A program made the translations under genes and the position numbers. Of a stretch of 64,000 nt of DNA, positions 51,928 through 63,713 are shown in pieces. Numbering within the stretch: position 1 is the first letter of the stretch; every line of letters starts with the position of its first letter. Below the pieces are notes generated by a model, which saw nothing but the letters and a program-made list of their open reading frames with translations, ran no database searches and was not told the origin of the DNA. The stretch covers positions 34,416 to 98,415 of the forward strand of contig CAVQAR010000036.1 in assembly GCA_963710425.1 (NCBI GenBank), given 5' to 3'. The stretch is from an uncultured delta proteobacterium. Lineage in GTDB: Bacteria; Desulfobacterota; Binatia; Binatales; Binataceae.

Positions 51928-53492
51928 AGCTCGACGCGATCACGTTGGCCGTCATGAACAATCGCCTCGCCGCGATTGCCGACGAGATGGGCGTAGTGCT
52001 CGGGCAGACCGCGTTCTCGCCCAACATAAAGGAGCGCCACGATTTCTCCTGCGCGATTTTCGACGCGCGCGGCGAGCTGGTCGCGCAGGCCGCGCACATT
52101 CCGGTGCATCTCGGCTCGACCCCGCTATCGGTGCGCGCCGCGATCGCGAACCTCGACCTCGAGCGTGGCGACGTCGCCGCGCTGAACGATCCGTTCGCCG
52201 GCGGCACCCATCTGCCCGACCTGACGCTGGTCGCGCCCGTCTTCATCGGCAACGAACGCCGCCCGTTCGCGTACGCCGCCAACCGCGCGCATCACGCCGA
52301 CATCGGCGGCATCGCGCCGGGCTCGATGGCGCTGGCAACCGAAATTTACCAGGAAGGTTTCCGACTGCCGCCGGTGAAAATTGTCGCGGACGGCGAAATT
52401 GCGCGCGACGTAATGACCCTGTTTCTCGCCAACACCCGCGTCCGCGAGGAGCGCGAAGGTGATTTGCGCGCGCAGATCGCCGCATTGTCGGTCGGCGCGG
52501 AGCGCCTGCTGGCGATTGTGAAAAACTCGGGACGCAAAACCGTCGAAGCCGCGATGGACGGGCTCAAGGATTACGCCGAGCGCCTGATGATCGCGGCGCT
52601 CGCGCGAACTTCCCGTCGGGGACTTATCGCGCGGAGGATTTTCTCGACGACGACGGCTTCGGCACCGGCCCGATTCCAATTCGCGTCGCGATCAAAATCG
52701 GTGGCGGCAAAGCGGTCGTCGATTTCACCGGCTCCGCGCCGCAGGTGCGCGGCTCGGTCAACGCAAATTTCGCAATCACGCTGTCCGCGACTTTCTACGT
52801 CATGAAATGCCTCGCGGCCGAGGCCGTTCCCGCCAATGAAGGCCTGATGCGCCCGATCAAGCTGGTCGCGCCGCCCGGTTCGATCGTCAACGCGCTGGCT
52901 CCTGCAGCGGTCGCGGGCGGTAACGTCGAGACCTCGCAACGAATTGTTGACGTACTGTTCCGCGCGCTCGCCAAAGCCGCGCCCGATCGCATTCCCGCAG
53001 CGAGTTCAGGCTCGATGTCGAATCTCACGGTCGGCGGCTTCGATCGTTTTCGCGACCGCCACTTTTCCTACTACGAAACGATTGCCGGCGGCGCGGGCGC
53101 GGCGAAAGATCGGCCCGGCGCGTCCGGCATCCACACGCACATGACCAACACCCTCAACACCCCGATCGAAGCGCTCGAGGCCTACTATCCGATGCGAATC
53201 ACTGAATACAGAATCCGCCGCGGCTCAGGCGGAACTGGCCGCGCGCGTGGCGGCGACGGATTGATTCGCGAGCTGGAATGCCTGGTTGATTCGAACGTGA
53301 GCGTGCTCACCGAGCGTCGAACAATCGCGCCCTACGGACTCGCCGGCGGCGGTCCTGGCGCGACTGGCAAAAATATTCTCATTCGCGGAACGCGCCGAAC
53401 CAGTTTACCCGGCAAAGCGAACATCGATCTCAAGGCCGGCGATCGCATTCGAATCGAAACGCCCGGCGGCGGCGGATGGGGCCGTCGCTTAG
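51924..53492 (+). CDS. Hydantoinase B/oxoprolinase subunit (frameshift near 52615; true stop probably near 53490)
   Basis: TAFSPNIKERHDFSCA, AAHIPVHLGS, NDPFAGGTHLPD, AHHADIGG, GGNVETS, YETIAGGAGA, NTPIEALE, ETPGGGGWG. Confidence 0.9.
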
Positions 53493-54727
53493 ACAACGCC
53501 GCTCTCGCGCAAGCGCTTGCGCGCGTCCTCATCGATTCCAAGTTCCGCGAGGACGTCTTCCGTATCCGCTCCCAGAGCCGGCGCGCCGCTTCTTACCCGG
53601 GTCGGTGTGCGCGAGAACTTCGCCGCCGGACCGGTGATCGGCGCGAGCTTGCCGTCTTCCTGCGCCACCTCCTGCAGCATGTCGCGCTCGAGCGTGTGCG
53701 GGCATCGCGCCGCCTCCGCGTACGTCCTAACCTTCGCGCACGGGATGTTGTTCTTCGCGCACTCACTGACGGCTTCCTCGACCGTGCGCGTCTCGCACCA
53801 CTTTGCGAACATCGCGTTACACTCTTCGCGATGGTTCATCCGGCCCGGAATCGTCGCGAAGCTATCATCGACGGCGAGATCGTCGCGCCCCGCCATCCGC
53901 GCCATCACCTTCCAATGCGTATCGAGCAGCACCCCTGCCATCACCAGTCCGTCACGGCATTTATATACGTTGGTCGGAACCGAAAACGGAATTTCGTTGC
54001 CCCATCGCTTCATCTCGACGCCCATCGCGCCGAGCGTCAGGTTGCCGTTGGACTGAAACAGCATCGCATCCAGCATCGCAACATCGACATGCTGCCCTTC
54101 GCCGGTGCGATCGCGATGACGCAGCGCCGCCAGCGCACCGATCGCGCCGTGCAATCCGCCGAGATCGTCGCATAGCCAGGTCGGCGCCTTCATCGGCGGC
54201 CCGTCGGGAGCCCCGTTGAGCGAGATAAACCCGCTCATCGCTTGCGCGAGCGGATCGTACGCAACGCGATCGTGAATCGGACCGAACTGCCCGTAGCCGC
54301 TGATCGAAACATAGATGATGTCCGGCTTCACTGCGCGAACGTGATCGTAACCGACGCCCCATTTGTCGAAAGTCCCCGGCCGGAAGTTTTGCACGATGAC
54401 ATCGGAGCGCGACGCGAGTTTCAGAAAAATATCGCGCCCCTCGTCGCGCCGCAGATCGAGCGTGAGACTCCGCTTGTTGCGATTAACCGTCGCCTGCGCA
54501 AATCCGATCTGCCGCTCGTGTCCGGGCAGCGCCGGCGGAATCCGCCGCGCGACCTCACCTTCGCGCGCTTCAACTTTGATCACATCGGCGCCAAGATCGG
54601 CCAGGATGCACGCGCACATCGGTCCGGCCCAACTCGTCGTGGCATCAATCACGCGAACACCGTCGAGCGGCCCGGTCAAATCGCGTCGCGCATCGCGATA
54701 GAACTCAGATTTTTCCATAGCAACCAA
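53489..54727 (-). CDS. CoA-transferase family III (CaiB/BaiF)
   Basis: LDGVRVIDAT, GPMCACILADLGADVIKVE, NRNKRSLTLDL, NFRPG, SISGYGQFGP, CDDLGG. Confidence 0.92.
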   Translation of the reverse strand: MVAMEKSEFYRDARRDLTGPLDGVRVIDATTSWAGPMCACILADLGADVIKVEAREGEVARRIPPALPGHERQIGFAQATVNRNKRSLTLDLRRDEGRDIFLKLASRSDVIVQNFRPGTFDKWGVGYDHVRAVKPDIIYVSISGYGQFGPIHDRVAYDPLAQAMSGFISLNGAPDGPPMKAPTWLCDDLGGLHGAIGALAALRHRDRTGEGQHVDVAMLDAMLFQSNGNLTLGAMGVEMKRWGNEIPFSVPTNVYKCRDGLVMAGVLLDTHWKVMARMAGRDDLAVDDSFATIPGRMNHREECNAMFAKWCETRTVEEAVSECAKNNIPCAKVRTYAEAARCPHTLERDMLQEVAQEDGKLAPITGPAAKFSRTPTRVRSGAPALGADTEDVLAELGIDEDARKRLRESGVV

Positions 54728-54813
54728 CCTCCAGGCGGAAAGAATCGTACTGCGCGCGAGTCGGTTCCGACAAACGCGGAAGTGGCGCGTCGGCGATTCG
54801 CCCGCTAGCTTGA

Positions 54814-55230
<417 letters not shown>

Positions 55231-55237
55231 CCGTGCG

Positions 55238-56139
55238 CTAACGTGCGATCAAACGGCCGCGCCAGTAGCCGAAAAAGTTGGCGCATTCGAGTTCGTGATA
55301 AATCGCGCGCTCGGGATCGCCGCGCATCGCCGCGGTAGCCATCCTGACTCCGTTGCGGACCAGCTTGTCGAACTGATTGTGGTTTTGCAGACCGGCGAAC
55401 GCGGTGCCCATGCCGAACGCGAAACTTTTGCGGCGCAAATACGCGCGCGTCATCCGCTCCGCGGTATCAGATGATGCACGATCGCGCGCGGCGTAAAGCC
55501 CATTGCACCGCCATGCTCCAATATGCGCGCGAACAGTTCGGTATCCTCCCCTGAAATCGGATTGCCGCCGACCACGCCGAGGTCCTCGCGAAATTTTCCG
55601 AAGCGCGCAAACGCTGAGCGCTTGAATCCGACATTGGCGCTGAAATAGTTGTCGAGCCGCTCGGCCGATGCGGTTGGCGCCGACTCGATCGCGCGCCGGT
55701 CGTGAACCGCGAGCTTGACCCACAGGCTCGGCCCCAGCCACTGCGGCGGTGGCGACGACCATCGCGGCACAACCATCCCGCAGGCGGCGTCGAGGTCGCG
55801 CCGCCGCATGTCATCAAGCAGTTCGGCAGCCCAATCGCGCTCGGCCACGGCGTCGTCGTCGATGAAGAAAATAAAGTCCGACGCGCTTTCATCAACTGCA
55901 CGATTTCGCGCGAAGCTCGAACCCGGGTGCGGCTCGAACACACGGCGCATCGGAAGCGCCGCCCCGCGGGCGAAGTCGTCAACTATAGCCGCAGTATCGT
56001 CAGTGGATGCGTTGTCGATGACGACGCAGTCGGCATCGACGTCCGCTGGAATCGCGAGCGCGGAGACGCTCGCGAGCGTCTCGCGCACAAGCGCTGCGCG
56101 ATTGTGCGTGGGGATCGCGATAGTGAGCTTGAGGGTCAC
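55238..56139 (-). CDS. GT2 family glycosyltransferase (frameshift near 55465)
   Basis: IAIPTHNR, VIDNASTD, SFARN, FIDDDA, GEDTE. Confidence 0.88.
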
Positions 56140-56252
56140 GTTGTGATGCGCGCGGCGACGCCGCGCGCATCAGCATAATAGCCGAATTGCGCCGCGCACC
56201 GGAGTATCCGGTGCCGCGGCGCAATTCGGCACTGACGCGGCGACACGCCGCG

Positions 56253-57419
56253 TCAGTGCGGCGCGGGAGCCGCAGCCGCGGGAGCGGCTGCGGCGGAGCC
56301 GGCCGCCGCGGGCGAAGCCCCCGGCGTCGGCGTCGGCGCCACCGCCTTCGGCAGCGGCGCGCCCGATTGCGTGAACACGATCGACGTGACCGTTAGATCG
56401 GGCGTCGCCTTCTGCTGCACTTCCGGCGCTGCCGTCAGGCGGAAGCCGAAGTCGCGCGTCTCGCCCGGCACGAACGGCCGCACCGGCCGCCCGAAGTTGG
56501 TGAACTCGAGCGGCGTCGCGATCGGCGTGTGCACCTCGGTGAAAACGGCGCTCTTCTTTTTCCCTTTGCCCTCGTAATAGGTGACCGTGAATTGAACTTC
56601 GTCGATCGCCTTGTCGCCGCTGTTGGTCATCTTGCCGAAAATTCCCGGCACTCGCGACGCTGACATCTTCATGTCCACATCGCTCAGCACGATTTTCGGA
56701 ATGTACGCCTGCGCATCAGGCTGCTGCTTCTGCGCATTCTGAATGTCAGCCATTTCGCGCCCGTACTGGAATTTGAGGCCCGCGTTGCCGGTCGCCTGCT
56801 CTTTGTCGAGTTCGTCGAGAATTTTCTGATACGCGGCGATCGCCTTGTCGTAGTCGTGTTTGTGGTAGAGATCGACGGCGTCCTTGTGTTCCTTGATGAT
56901 ATTTTCCTTGAATGGAAAATCGACGAACAAGCGCCACTCGCCGCCCTGCTGCATCATCACCATGTTGTCGTCGTAAGTGACTTTTGGGTAAGTATTTTCC
57001 TGTAGATTTTTTTGCGCGATCGAGTCAGGAGTTTGGTCGCCGCTGAGGCCGGCGTCCACCGTCCGCTCCCAGAGCGCGAGATCCGGCTGCGTTACAGTGA
57101 CAGTGACGATCGCCTTGTCGCCGTCGATCTTCGCGTCGCCAACCTTATAGTCATAGGTGCGCAGTATTCCTTTGAACCAATCCTTGCTCACATCGGGCGC
57201 CATCGGGATTTCGGTCAGGAACTGATCCATCGTGCGATCGACCTGGTCCTGATGGGTCAGCGCCTGGTATGCGGCCGGGTAGTTGTAGAGCTTTAGATTG
57301 TCCAGATAGTTATTTGCCGCGCTCTGCGGCGAATGCCCCTGGCATCCCGCCACGAGAAATGCGCAAACGGCCACGGCCGCGAGCATCGCGCCCCTGGCTT
57401 GAATCCTGATTTTTGTCAT
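56253..57419 (-). CDS. Hypothetical lipoprotein (NTF2-like N-terminus, TPR-like middle, Ig-like C-terminus, Pro/Ala tail)
   Basis: Lipobox VAGC; uninterrupted 388-aa ORF; domain labels are my guess from sequence pattern. Confidence 0.65.
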   Translation of the reverse strand: MTKIRIQARGAMLAAVAVCAFLVAGCQGHSPQSAANNYLDNLKLYNYPAAYQALTHQDQVDRTMDQFLTEIPMAPDVSKDWFKGILRTYDYKVGDAKIDGDKAIVTVTVTQPDLALWERTVDAGLSGDQTPDSIAQKNLQENTYPKVTYDDNMVMMQQGGEWRLFVDFPFKENIIKEHKDAVDLYHKHDYDKAIAAYQKILDELDKEQATGNAGLKFQYGREMADIQNAQKQQPDAQAYIPKIVLSDVDMKMSASRVPGIFGKMTNSGDKAIDEVQFTVTYYEGKGKKKSAVFTEVHTPIATPLEFTNFGRPVRPFVPGETRDFGFRLTAAPEVQQKATPDLTVTSIVFTQSGAPLPKAVAPTPTPGASPAAAGSAAAAPAAAAPAPH

Positions 57420-57590
57420 CGTCGAAATTCCTTTTTCATGCTTCACGCTGTTCGCAAACGGATAGATTTTAGTGTCGCTTCCGTCAAAAACAAGTCGCCC
57501 AAACGCCATCCGCTGAACACCAATGCGGGGAGTGACAGTCCTGCTTATCAGAAAAAAGGCGTCCTATGCGACCGGCGCGACGCCTGACAG

Positions 57591-57989
57591 TTACGACGCG
57601 GTTGGCATCTGCTTGAGTTCGACGACGTTGCCCTCGGGATCGCGGATGTAGATCGAAAGACCCTGGCCATGCGCCCCGTAACGCATCGCCGGCTCGCCGA
57701 TCACTTCTACCGATTGCGCGCGCAGGTAGCGCACGACCTCGTTCAAATCGCGAGCCTCGATCCCGAGGCATACGTGATCCACGTTGAGTGCGGTCTCGAC
57801 CCGCGGGCCAGTGGCCGGAACCAAATCGATCATGCTGCGGCCTGCGCGCAACTGGATAAGCCCGATCTGCGCGATCCGCCGCTCTTCGGCAAGGCCCAGC
57901 ACGCGCGTGTAGAAGTCGAGCGTGCGATCCTGATCGCGGCATCGCAACACGACGTGATCGATTTCCGCAACCTTGAGTGGAATTTCCAT
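57591..57989 (-). CDS. VOC/glyoxalase family protein
   Basis: IDHVVLRC, FYTRVLG, DHVCL, YIRDPEGNVVEL. Confidence 0.9.
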   Translation of the reverse strand: MEIPLKVAEIDHVVLRCRDQDRTLDFYTRVLGLAEERRIAQIGLIQLRAGRSMIDLVPATGPRVETALNVDHVCLGIEARDLNEVVRYLRAQSVEVIGEPAMRYGAHGQGLSIYIRDPEGNVVELKQMPTAS

Positions 57990-57997
57990 ATCGATGC

Positions 57998-59210
57998 TCT
58001 AGGCCTGGGTTTCTGACGCTCTGGTTCGCAGCCACTTTCGTCGCTCGCGGCGGAAACCAGAATCGCTCGACTTCGGTGGCGCGCACCGCGTCGTCGATCA
58101 TCCGCGGGATGTCGAAGCGCGATTCCGCCGCCTCGACTTCCTCGATTCGCGCGCGCGTCTCCGGATGCGCCGGCACGAACAGCGTGCAGCAGTCCTCGTC
58201 GGGGATTATCGACGTCTCGAACGTGCGCAACTTGCGCGCCTGATCGATGATCTCATTCTTGTCCATGCCGACCAGCGGCCGCATGACCGGGAACGACGCC
58301 GCCTTCTCGATCACCGCCATGTTCTCGAGCGTCTGCGACGCGACCTGGCCAAGACTCTCGCCCGTCACCAGCACGGTGGCTTGCGATCGTTCCGCCAGCG
58401 CGCTCGCGATTCGCAGCATGAAGCGCCGATAGAGCACGACCCGCAGCGGGCGCAGAGTGTTCGCGACGATCTCGCGCTGCAAATTTCCAAACGGTACCAG
58501 CATCAGCGTCGATCGCAACTGCCATCGCGTCAGATGCGCCGCGAGCTCGGCCGCCTTTTCCTTGCTCGCCTTCGATACCAGCGGATGCGCGTGGAAATGC
58601 ACGAAATCCAGGCGCAGCCCGCGACGCATCATGCGATAGGCCGCGACCGGCGAGTCGATCCCGCCCGACAGCAGCGCCATCCCGCGTCCCGTGACGCCAA
58701 CCGGCAGTCCGCCCGCGCCCGGCATTTTGCCGGCGGACACGTACGCGGCGTCGTTCATTATCTCGATCGAAATCGTCAGCTCGGGCGCGCTCAGATCGAC
58801 TTCGAAGCCGAGCGCTTCCTGCACTTCGCCGCCAACCGCGCTATCGATTTCGACCGAAGTTCATCGCGAAACCGCTTGTCCTCGCGCTTGGTCCTGACTG
58901 CAAACGTCCGCGCCTTGCTTCCCGTCGCGCGCTTGATCGCCTCACGCGAGATCGACTCGATATCGCGCGGGGTCGAGTAGCTGAGCGAGAAATTCTGCAA
59001 GCCGAAAATCAGCGCCGCGCGCTCGGCGGCGATCTCGTCGCTAAGTTCATCGGGCAGAGGCACCAGCAGTCGCGGTCCGACGCTGCGCATGTTGCCGAGC
59101 CGGTAGTCGGCGAAAATGTCGCGCAGGTTTTGTTTGACCTGGTCAACGAATCGCCACTGATTGCGCCCCTTGAGCGCGATCTCGTGGTACCTGCCAATCA
59201 AATATCGCAT
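57998..59210 (-). CDS. thiI: tRNA 4-thiouridine synthase ThiI without C-terminal rhodanese (frameshift near 58840; end approximate)
   Basis: YHEIALKGRN, THUMP domain, GAGGLPVG, LLSGGIDSPVA, GESLGQVASQT, RPLVGMDK, DCC. Confidence 0.92.
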
Positions 59211-59322
59211 GTGATGAATTCGTTTTTTCAGCAACCGGAATGAGGTTAGCTTACGCGTCCGTCACATTGAAATCCGGCCGTGAGCTTGCGCCCCGGTGCA
59301 CCGCGCGCGATTATCTGTAGCG

Positions 59323-59931
59323 ATGACTGACAACGCGACGTTCAATCTCCAGGTCGAAACTATCCGGCGCAAGCTTTCGACTGTGACTCCGCCGCCGCGC
59401 GAGGCGCTGGCGAACAAATCCAACGCCGCCGCCGTCCTGATACCTGTCTTCGAGCGCGGCGGCGAACTTCACCTCGTCTATATTCGCCGATCCGATCACG
59501 TCGCCAGTCATCGCGGGCAAGTCGCGTTTCCCGGCGGACGCGTCGATCCAATCGACGCAACTCTGCTCGACGCCGCCCTGCGCGAGGCGCACGAAGAAGT
59601 CGGCATCCATCCTTCGACGGTCGAGGTAATCGGCGCGCTCGCCACGATGCAAACGACGACCAGCGGAATCGTGGTCGCGCCATTCGTCGGCGTCATCCCG
59701 CAAGACGCGCCGCTGAAACCGCAACTCTCTGAGGTCGCGCAAATTTTCGACGTGCCCCTGACCGCGCTGCGCGATCCGAAATTCCGCGGCGACTACGAAT
59801 GGACCAGCGAGGGCCCTGCCACTCGCTCGTCGAAGTTCCCGGCAATTCTGTATGGCGGCCAGACGATCTGGGGCCTCACGCTGCGTATCACGCTGAACCT
59901 GCTCGAACTGCTGGATCCGACCAAGGCTTGA
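59323..59931 (+). CDS. CoA pyrophosphatase, Nudix NudL/Pcd1 family
   Basis: AAVLIP, RRS...HRGQVAFPGGRVD, ALREAHEEVG, IWGLT. Confidence 0.9.
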   Translation: MTDNATFNLQVETIRRKLSTVTPPPREALANKSNAAAVLIPVFERGGELHLVYIRRSDHVASHRGQVAFPGGRVDPIDATLLDAALREAHEEVGIHPSTVEVIGALATMQTTTSGIVVAPFVGVIPQDAPLKPQLSEVAQIFDVPLTALRDPKFRGDYEWTSEGPATRSSKFPAILYGGQTIWGLTLRITLNLLELLDPTKA

Positions 59932-60041
59932 GAGGCGCTCGTTCCCAATCCGGTCCCCCTTCCCACTATGGGAAGGGGTTAGGGGTTAGGTTGCTGATGA
60001 TCATAGACTGCGCACTTGAATAGATTCGAACGGAGCCGAAG

Positions 60042-61623
60042 ATGGGACGCAATATTCTCTTCATCACGACCGATCAGCAGCGCTACGATGCGCTCGGATG
60101 CAACGGCGGCACGATCGCGCAAACGCCGGTCGCCGACCGCCTCGCCGCGACTGGAATCAACTATCGCCGCGCGCACAATCAGAATGTCGTCTGCATGCCT
60201 GCGCGCTCGACGATGATCACCGGCCAGTACGTCCGCACGCACGGCGTCGTCGCCAATGGCGTCGCGCTCCCGCCCGATTCGCCGAGTGTCGCTGCGTATC
60301 TCCATGAAAAGGCCGGCTACCGCACCGCTCTGCTGGGCAAGGCCCACTTCGAGCCCGCATTCGATATGCAGGGGCGATGGTTCGAGAACTCGATGGCGCG
60401 CAAGGAATCCACCGGTCCGTATCGCGGTTTCGATCGCATGGAACTCGCGATGCACGTGCCCATCGGCGGATGGCACTACTCGATCTGGATGATGAAAAAC
60501 CATCCCGACGAGATCAGCGGCTTCGCGCCGCTGCTCAGCTGCCGCTCCCGGCGGTGACACCGGCGCGCCCGAAGTGAAATACAATCCCGTTCCGCGCGAG
60601 CATTACCACACAGACTGGGTTGCGGCTCGCACAATCGCCTATCTCGACTCGCTCGATCCCGACGATAACTGGTTCGTGTGGATGAGCTTTCCCGACCCGC
60701 ATCATCCGTGGGATCCGCCGCAGGACGAGGCCCGTCGCATCAACTGGCGCGACCTCGATTTGCCCGCCGGCTATCCCGGCTCCCGCGAAAAGATCGAGAA
60801 AATCCTTGCACAGAAGCCGCGCCATTGGCTCGATTGGTACCAAGGGCGCTTCGGCAACTTCGAAGGGGGTCCCTCCAGTTTCGTCCCGTGCCAGATGACC
60901 GAAAATCAGGTTCGCGAAGTCAACGCGATGACCCACGTCGAGAACGAACTGATCGACCAGGCGTGCGGCCGCGTCCTCTCGCGCATCGCCGAGCGCGGAT
61001 GGGAGTCGCGCACTGACGTAATTTTCACGACCGATCACGGCGAGCTGCAAGGCGACTTCGGCCTGCTCTACAAGGGCCCGTATCACGTTGACGCGTTGAT
61101 GCGACTGCCGATGATCTGGCGTCCGGCGCCCTCGGCCAACGTCGCGCACAACGAAATTGCGGAGCCGGTCGGGCAACTCGATCTCGCGCCGACATTCTGT
61201 CAAATCGCGGGCGTCCCGGTACCCGACTGGATGCAGGGAAAGCCGCTGCCCGTCGCGCCGGGCTCGGGCCGCGAGCGCGTCATCACCGAATGGGACAGCC
61301 AGTTCGCCGCCATCGGGATGCACCTCCGAAGCATCTACCGCGACGGCTACACGATGACGGTGTACGAGAAATCGACGCGCGATTATGGCTTCGATATCGC
61401 CAACGTGCCGCCGATGGTGGCGCCGCCGCGCCGCCCAATCGAGGATATCCGCTACGACGGCACCGAGGGCGAGCTCTACAATCTGCGCGAGGACCCGATG
61501 CAATGGCGCAATCTGTGGAACGATCCCGCGTACGCAAAACTGAAGTCTGATTTGCGCGCGGACCTCTACGACAATCTTCCGCCCGAGCGGAATCCCAAAC
61601 TGCCGGTCGAGGCGCCGGCGTGA
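60042..61623 (+). CDS. Sulfatase-like hydrolase (frameshift near 60545)
   Basis: ILFITTDQQR, CMPAR formylglycine motif, GKAH, SFPDPHHP, FTTDHG, ELYNLREDP. Confidence 0.92.
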
Positions 61624-61650
61624 GGGGAAGGGGAGATCACTTTATTAAAT

Positions 61651-61981
61651 GTGAAACCCGCGGCGGGTTTCACGCTTCCTCCGGCAGGGGTGACCCCTGC
61701 ACCCAGTAAGAAGAAATCGCAAAATGGCGAGGACGCCCTTTTGCTCTCACACATAAATCCGGTTCCCCTTCCCGCTCGGGAAGGGGTTAGGGGTTAGGTT
61801 GCTGGCGTCGACCAACACTTCATCGTCTCGCCTTCTTCTTGTGTCATCCCGAGCGAAGCCGAGGGACCCGGATCTTTCTCGACGCCAGCCGACGCTCCCC
61901 CAACCACGGATCAAGAGAGGTGTGTAAAGCTCGAGCTTCATTCCGTCCTTGTGTCATTCTAGACCGAAGCGAAGAATCCCG
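61651..61981. repeat. Inverted copy of the 150-bp composite repeat plus two GTCAT(C/T)C..AGCGAAGC-type modules
   Basis: Matches 48810-48957; 61950-61981 matches 40703-40731. Confidence 0.85.
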
Positions 61982-61992
61982 GTCCTTTTGAG

Positions 61993-63029
61993 ATGACCCC
62001 ATTAAAACTAGTCGGCGGCTTCGGCTCTCCCTACTCGCGCAAAATGCGCGCCGTACTGCGCTTTCGGCGCATCCCCTTCACCTGGATCATGCGCGGATCG
62101 ACCGACGACGTCGGCATCCCCGAAGTCCCCGTTGCGCTTATTCCGGTGCTCGTCTTCCCCAGTGAGAATGGACGCGCCGATGAAGCGATGATCGACTCGA
62201 CGTTTCAAATCCGCAGGCTCGAGAAGATGTTCCCGGCGCGCTCGATCATCCCGCCTGATCCGGCGATCGCATTTCTCGACGCGCTGCTCGAGGACTACGC
62301 CGACGAATGGCTCACCAAGCCGATGTTCCACTATCGATGGAAGTACGCGGCTGACATTCACAAGGCGTCGCACGTGCTCGCGCTCGACCGCAATCCGCTG
62401 ATGAGTCGCGAGACGCTGGCCCGAAGACGGCGCGCTTCTTTGCGGAGCGTCAGATCCAGCGGCTGCGGGTGGTCGGATCGAACGACGTGACGACAGTCGT
62501 CATCGAGGCGAGCTACCGACGCTTGCTGAGCCTGCTCGACGCGCATCTCGTCGCCGGCCATCGGTTCCTCATGGGCGCGCGGCCGGGCGCCAGCGACTTC
62601 GGTTTCTTTGGCCAGTTGAGCCAGCTTGCGCATTTCGATCCCACTCCCGCCGCGATCGCAGCCGCCGACGCGCCGCGCGTCGTCTCATGGGTCTCCCATC
62701 TCGACGATCTATCGTCGCTGGACGTCGAGAACGCCGCGTGGCCTTCGCGCGACGATGCCGCATCCGCGCTGCGCCCGTTCCTGGTCGAGGTCGGCCGCGT
62801 CTATGCCCCCTTCCTGATCGCAAACGCTCGCGCGCTCGCGAGTCGCGCGAATGAAGTGCGATGCGAAATCGACAGCCTCCCGTGGGTACAGCAGCCATTT
62901 CCGTACCAGGGCAAATGCCTCAAATGGCTGCGCGAGGCTCGCGAGACCCTCAGCCCCGCCGATCGCAAATTCGTGGACAGTGCCCTCGAATCCTCTGGCG
63001 CCGACGCAATCTTCAGCGCTTCCATCTAA
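61993..63029 (+). CDS. Glutathione S-transferase family protein (frameshift near 62430)
   Basis: SPYSRKMRAVLRF, IPVL, DST, LEDYADEWL..PMFHYRW, FLMGARPGASDFG. Confidence 0.85.
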
Positions 63030-63100
63030 GCCTCCAGCCAGCGTCCGTTTCAGCACCTCGCCGCGCTGTAAATGCCTATTTGTATGATTATATACACTAC

Positions 63101-63129
63101 TTGACAGATTCAGGTGATATGTAGATACT
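63101..63129 (+). promoter_or_regulatory. Putative sigma70 promoter TTGACA-N17-GATACT in an AT-rich patch
   Basis: Consensus -35, 17-bp spacer counted by hand, 4/6 match at -10; upstream of ORF 63211. Confidence 0.5.
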
Positions 63130-63210
63130 AGATAACATTAATCTGATTGAAATTTCACACTTGGAAGCGTCCAAACGGATGAAAGTGATCGTAAGCTTTC
63201 AGGCTTTTTA

Positions 63211-63702
63211 GTGGGAGGATCGCAGATGTCGGCGTTCAAAGATCTTAAGAAATCGGAGACTTCGGATCAGCTAACGGACGATCGATCGGACTCGAACGGA
63301 ATCTTCGCCGAGTTTTGTGCCGACCGTGAGACCAACGCAGCCCTCGGTGTGACCGCCGAGGAGTTTCAGGAATTGTCGCGCGCCTCGCTGCTCGGAACTT
63401 TGACCAGCAAGGACGACCTGCTCTTCATGCTGCGCCAGATTCGCGCCGCGATGAACCCCGCGACGCCATCAAACGAGCCAACGCTACCGGACATAAATTA
63501 CTTAGCCGAGACCATGCGCCTCAAGGCGCTGGCGAAACTCGACGAACTCGATTTGAAGGCCGAGCTGCGCAGAAAGTCGGCCGTGGGACGCGTCGAGGCG
63601 GCGTTGGAGCGCGTTTCGCTTAAGCTGAGCCTCGCGCGAATATTGATAGTGCAAATGTCGCAAAAACTGGCCCGCCGCTCTGTCAGTTCGCGACCAGTGT
63701 AA
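63211..63702 (+). CDS. Hypothetical protein
   Basis: 163-aa ORF with plausible codon usage; ATG at 63226 preceded by GGAGG; no motif recognised. Confidence 0.55.
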   Translation: MGGSQMSAFKDLKKSETSDQLTDDRSDSNGIFAEFCADRETNAALGVTAEEFQELSRASLLGTLTSKDDLLFMLRQIRAAMNPATPSNEPTLPDINYLAETMRLKALAKLDELDLKAELRRKSAVGRVEAALERVSLKLSLARILIVQMSQKLARRSVSSRPV

Positions 63703-63713
63703 GTACTCCAAGC

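Noticed and set aside
53493-54175. Long C-terminal extension of hydantoinase B overlapping the CoA transferase
   Set aside because: Homology ends at GGGGWG; the extension is antisense shadow after a probably lost stop codon.
57484-57997. ThiI C-terminal extension or fusion over the VOC gene
   Set aside because: The extension overlaps a well-supported gene on the same strand in another frame and has no rhodanese motif; likely an indel near the true stop.
59211-59322. TPP riboswitch upstream of thiI
   Set aside because: No CTGAGA/TPP consensus is visible, and the spacer is short and shared with a divergent gene.
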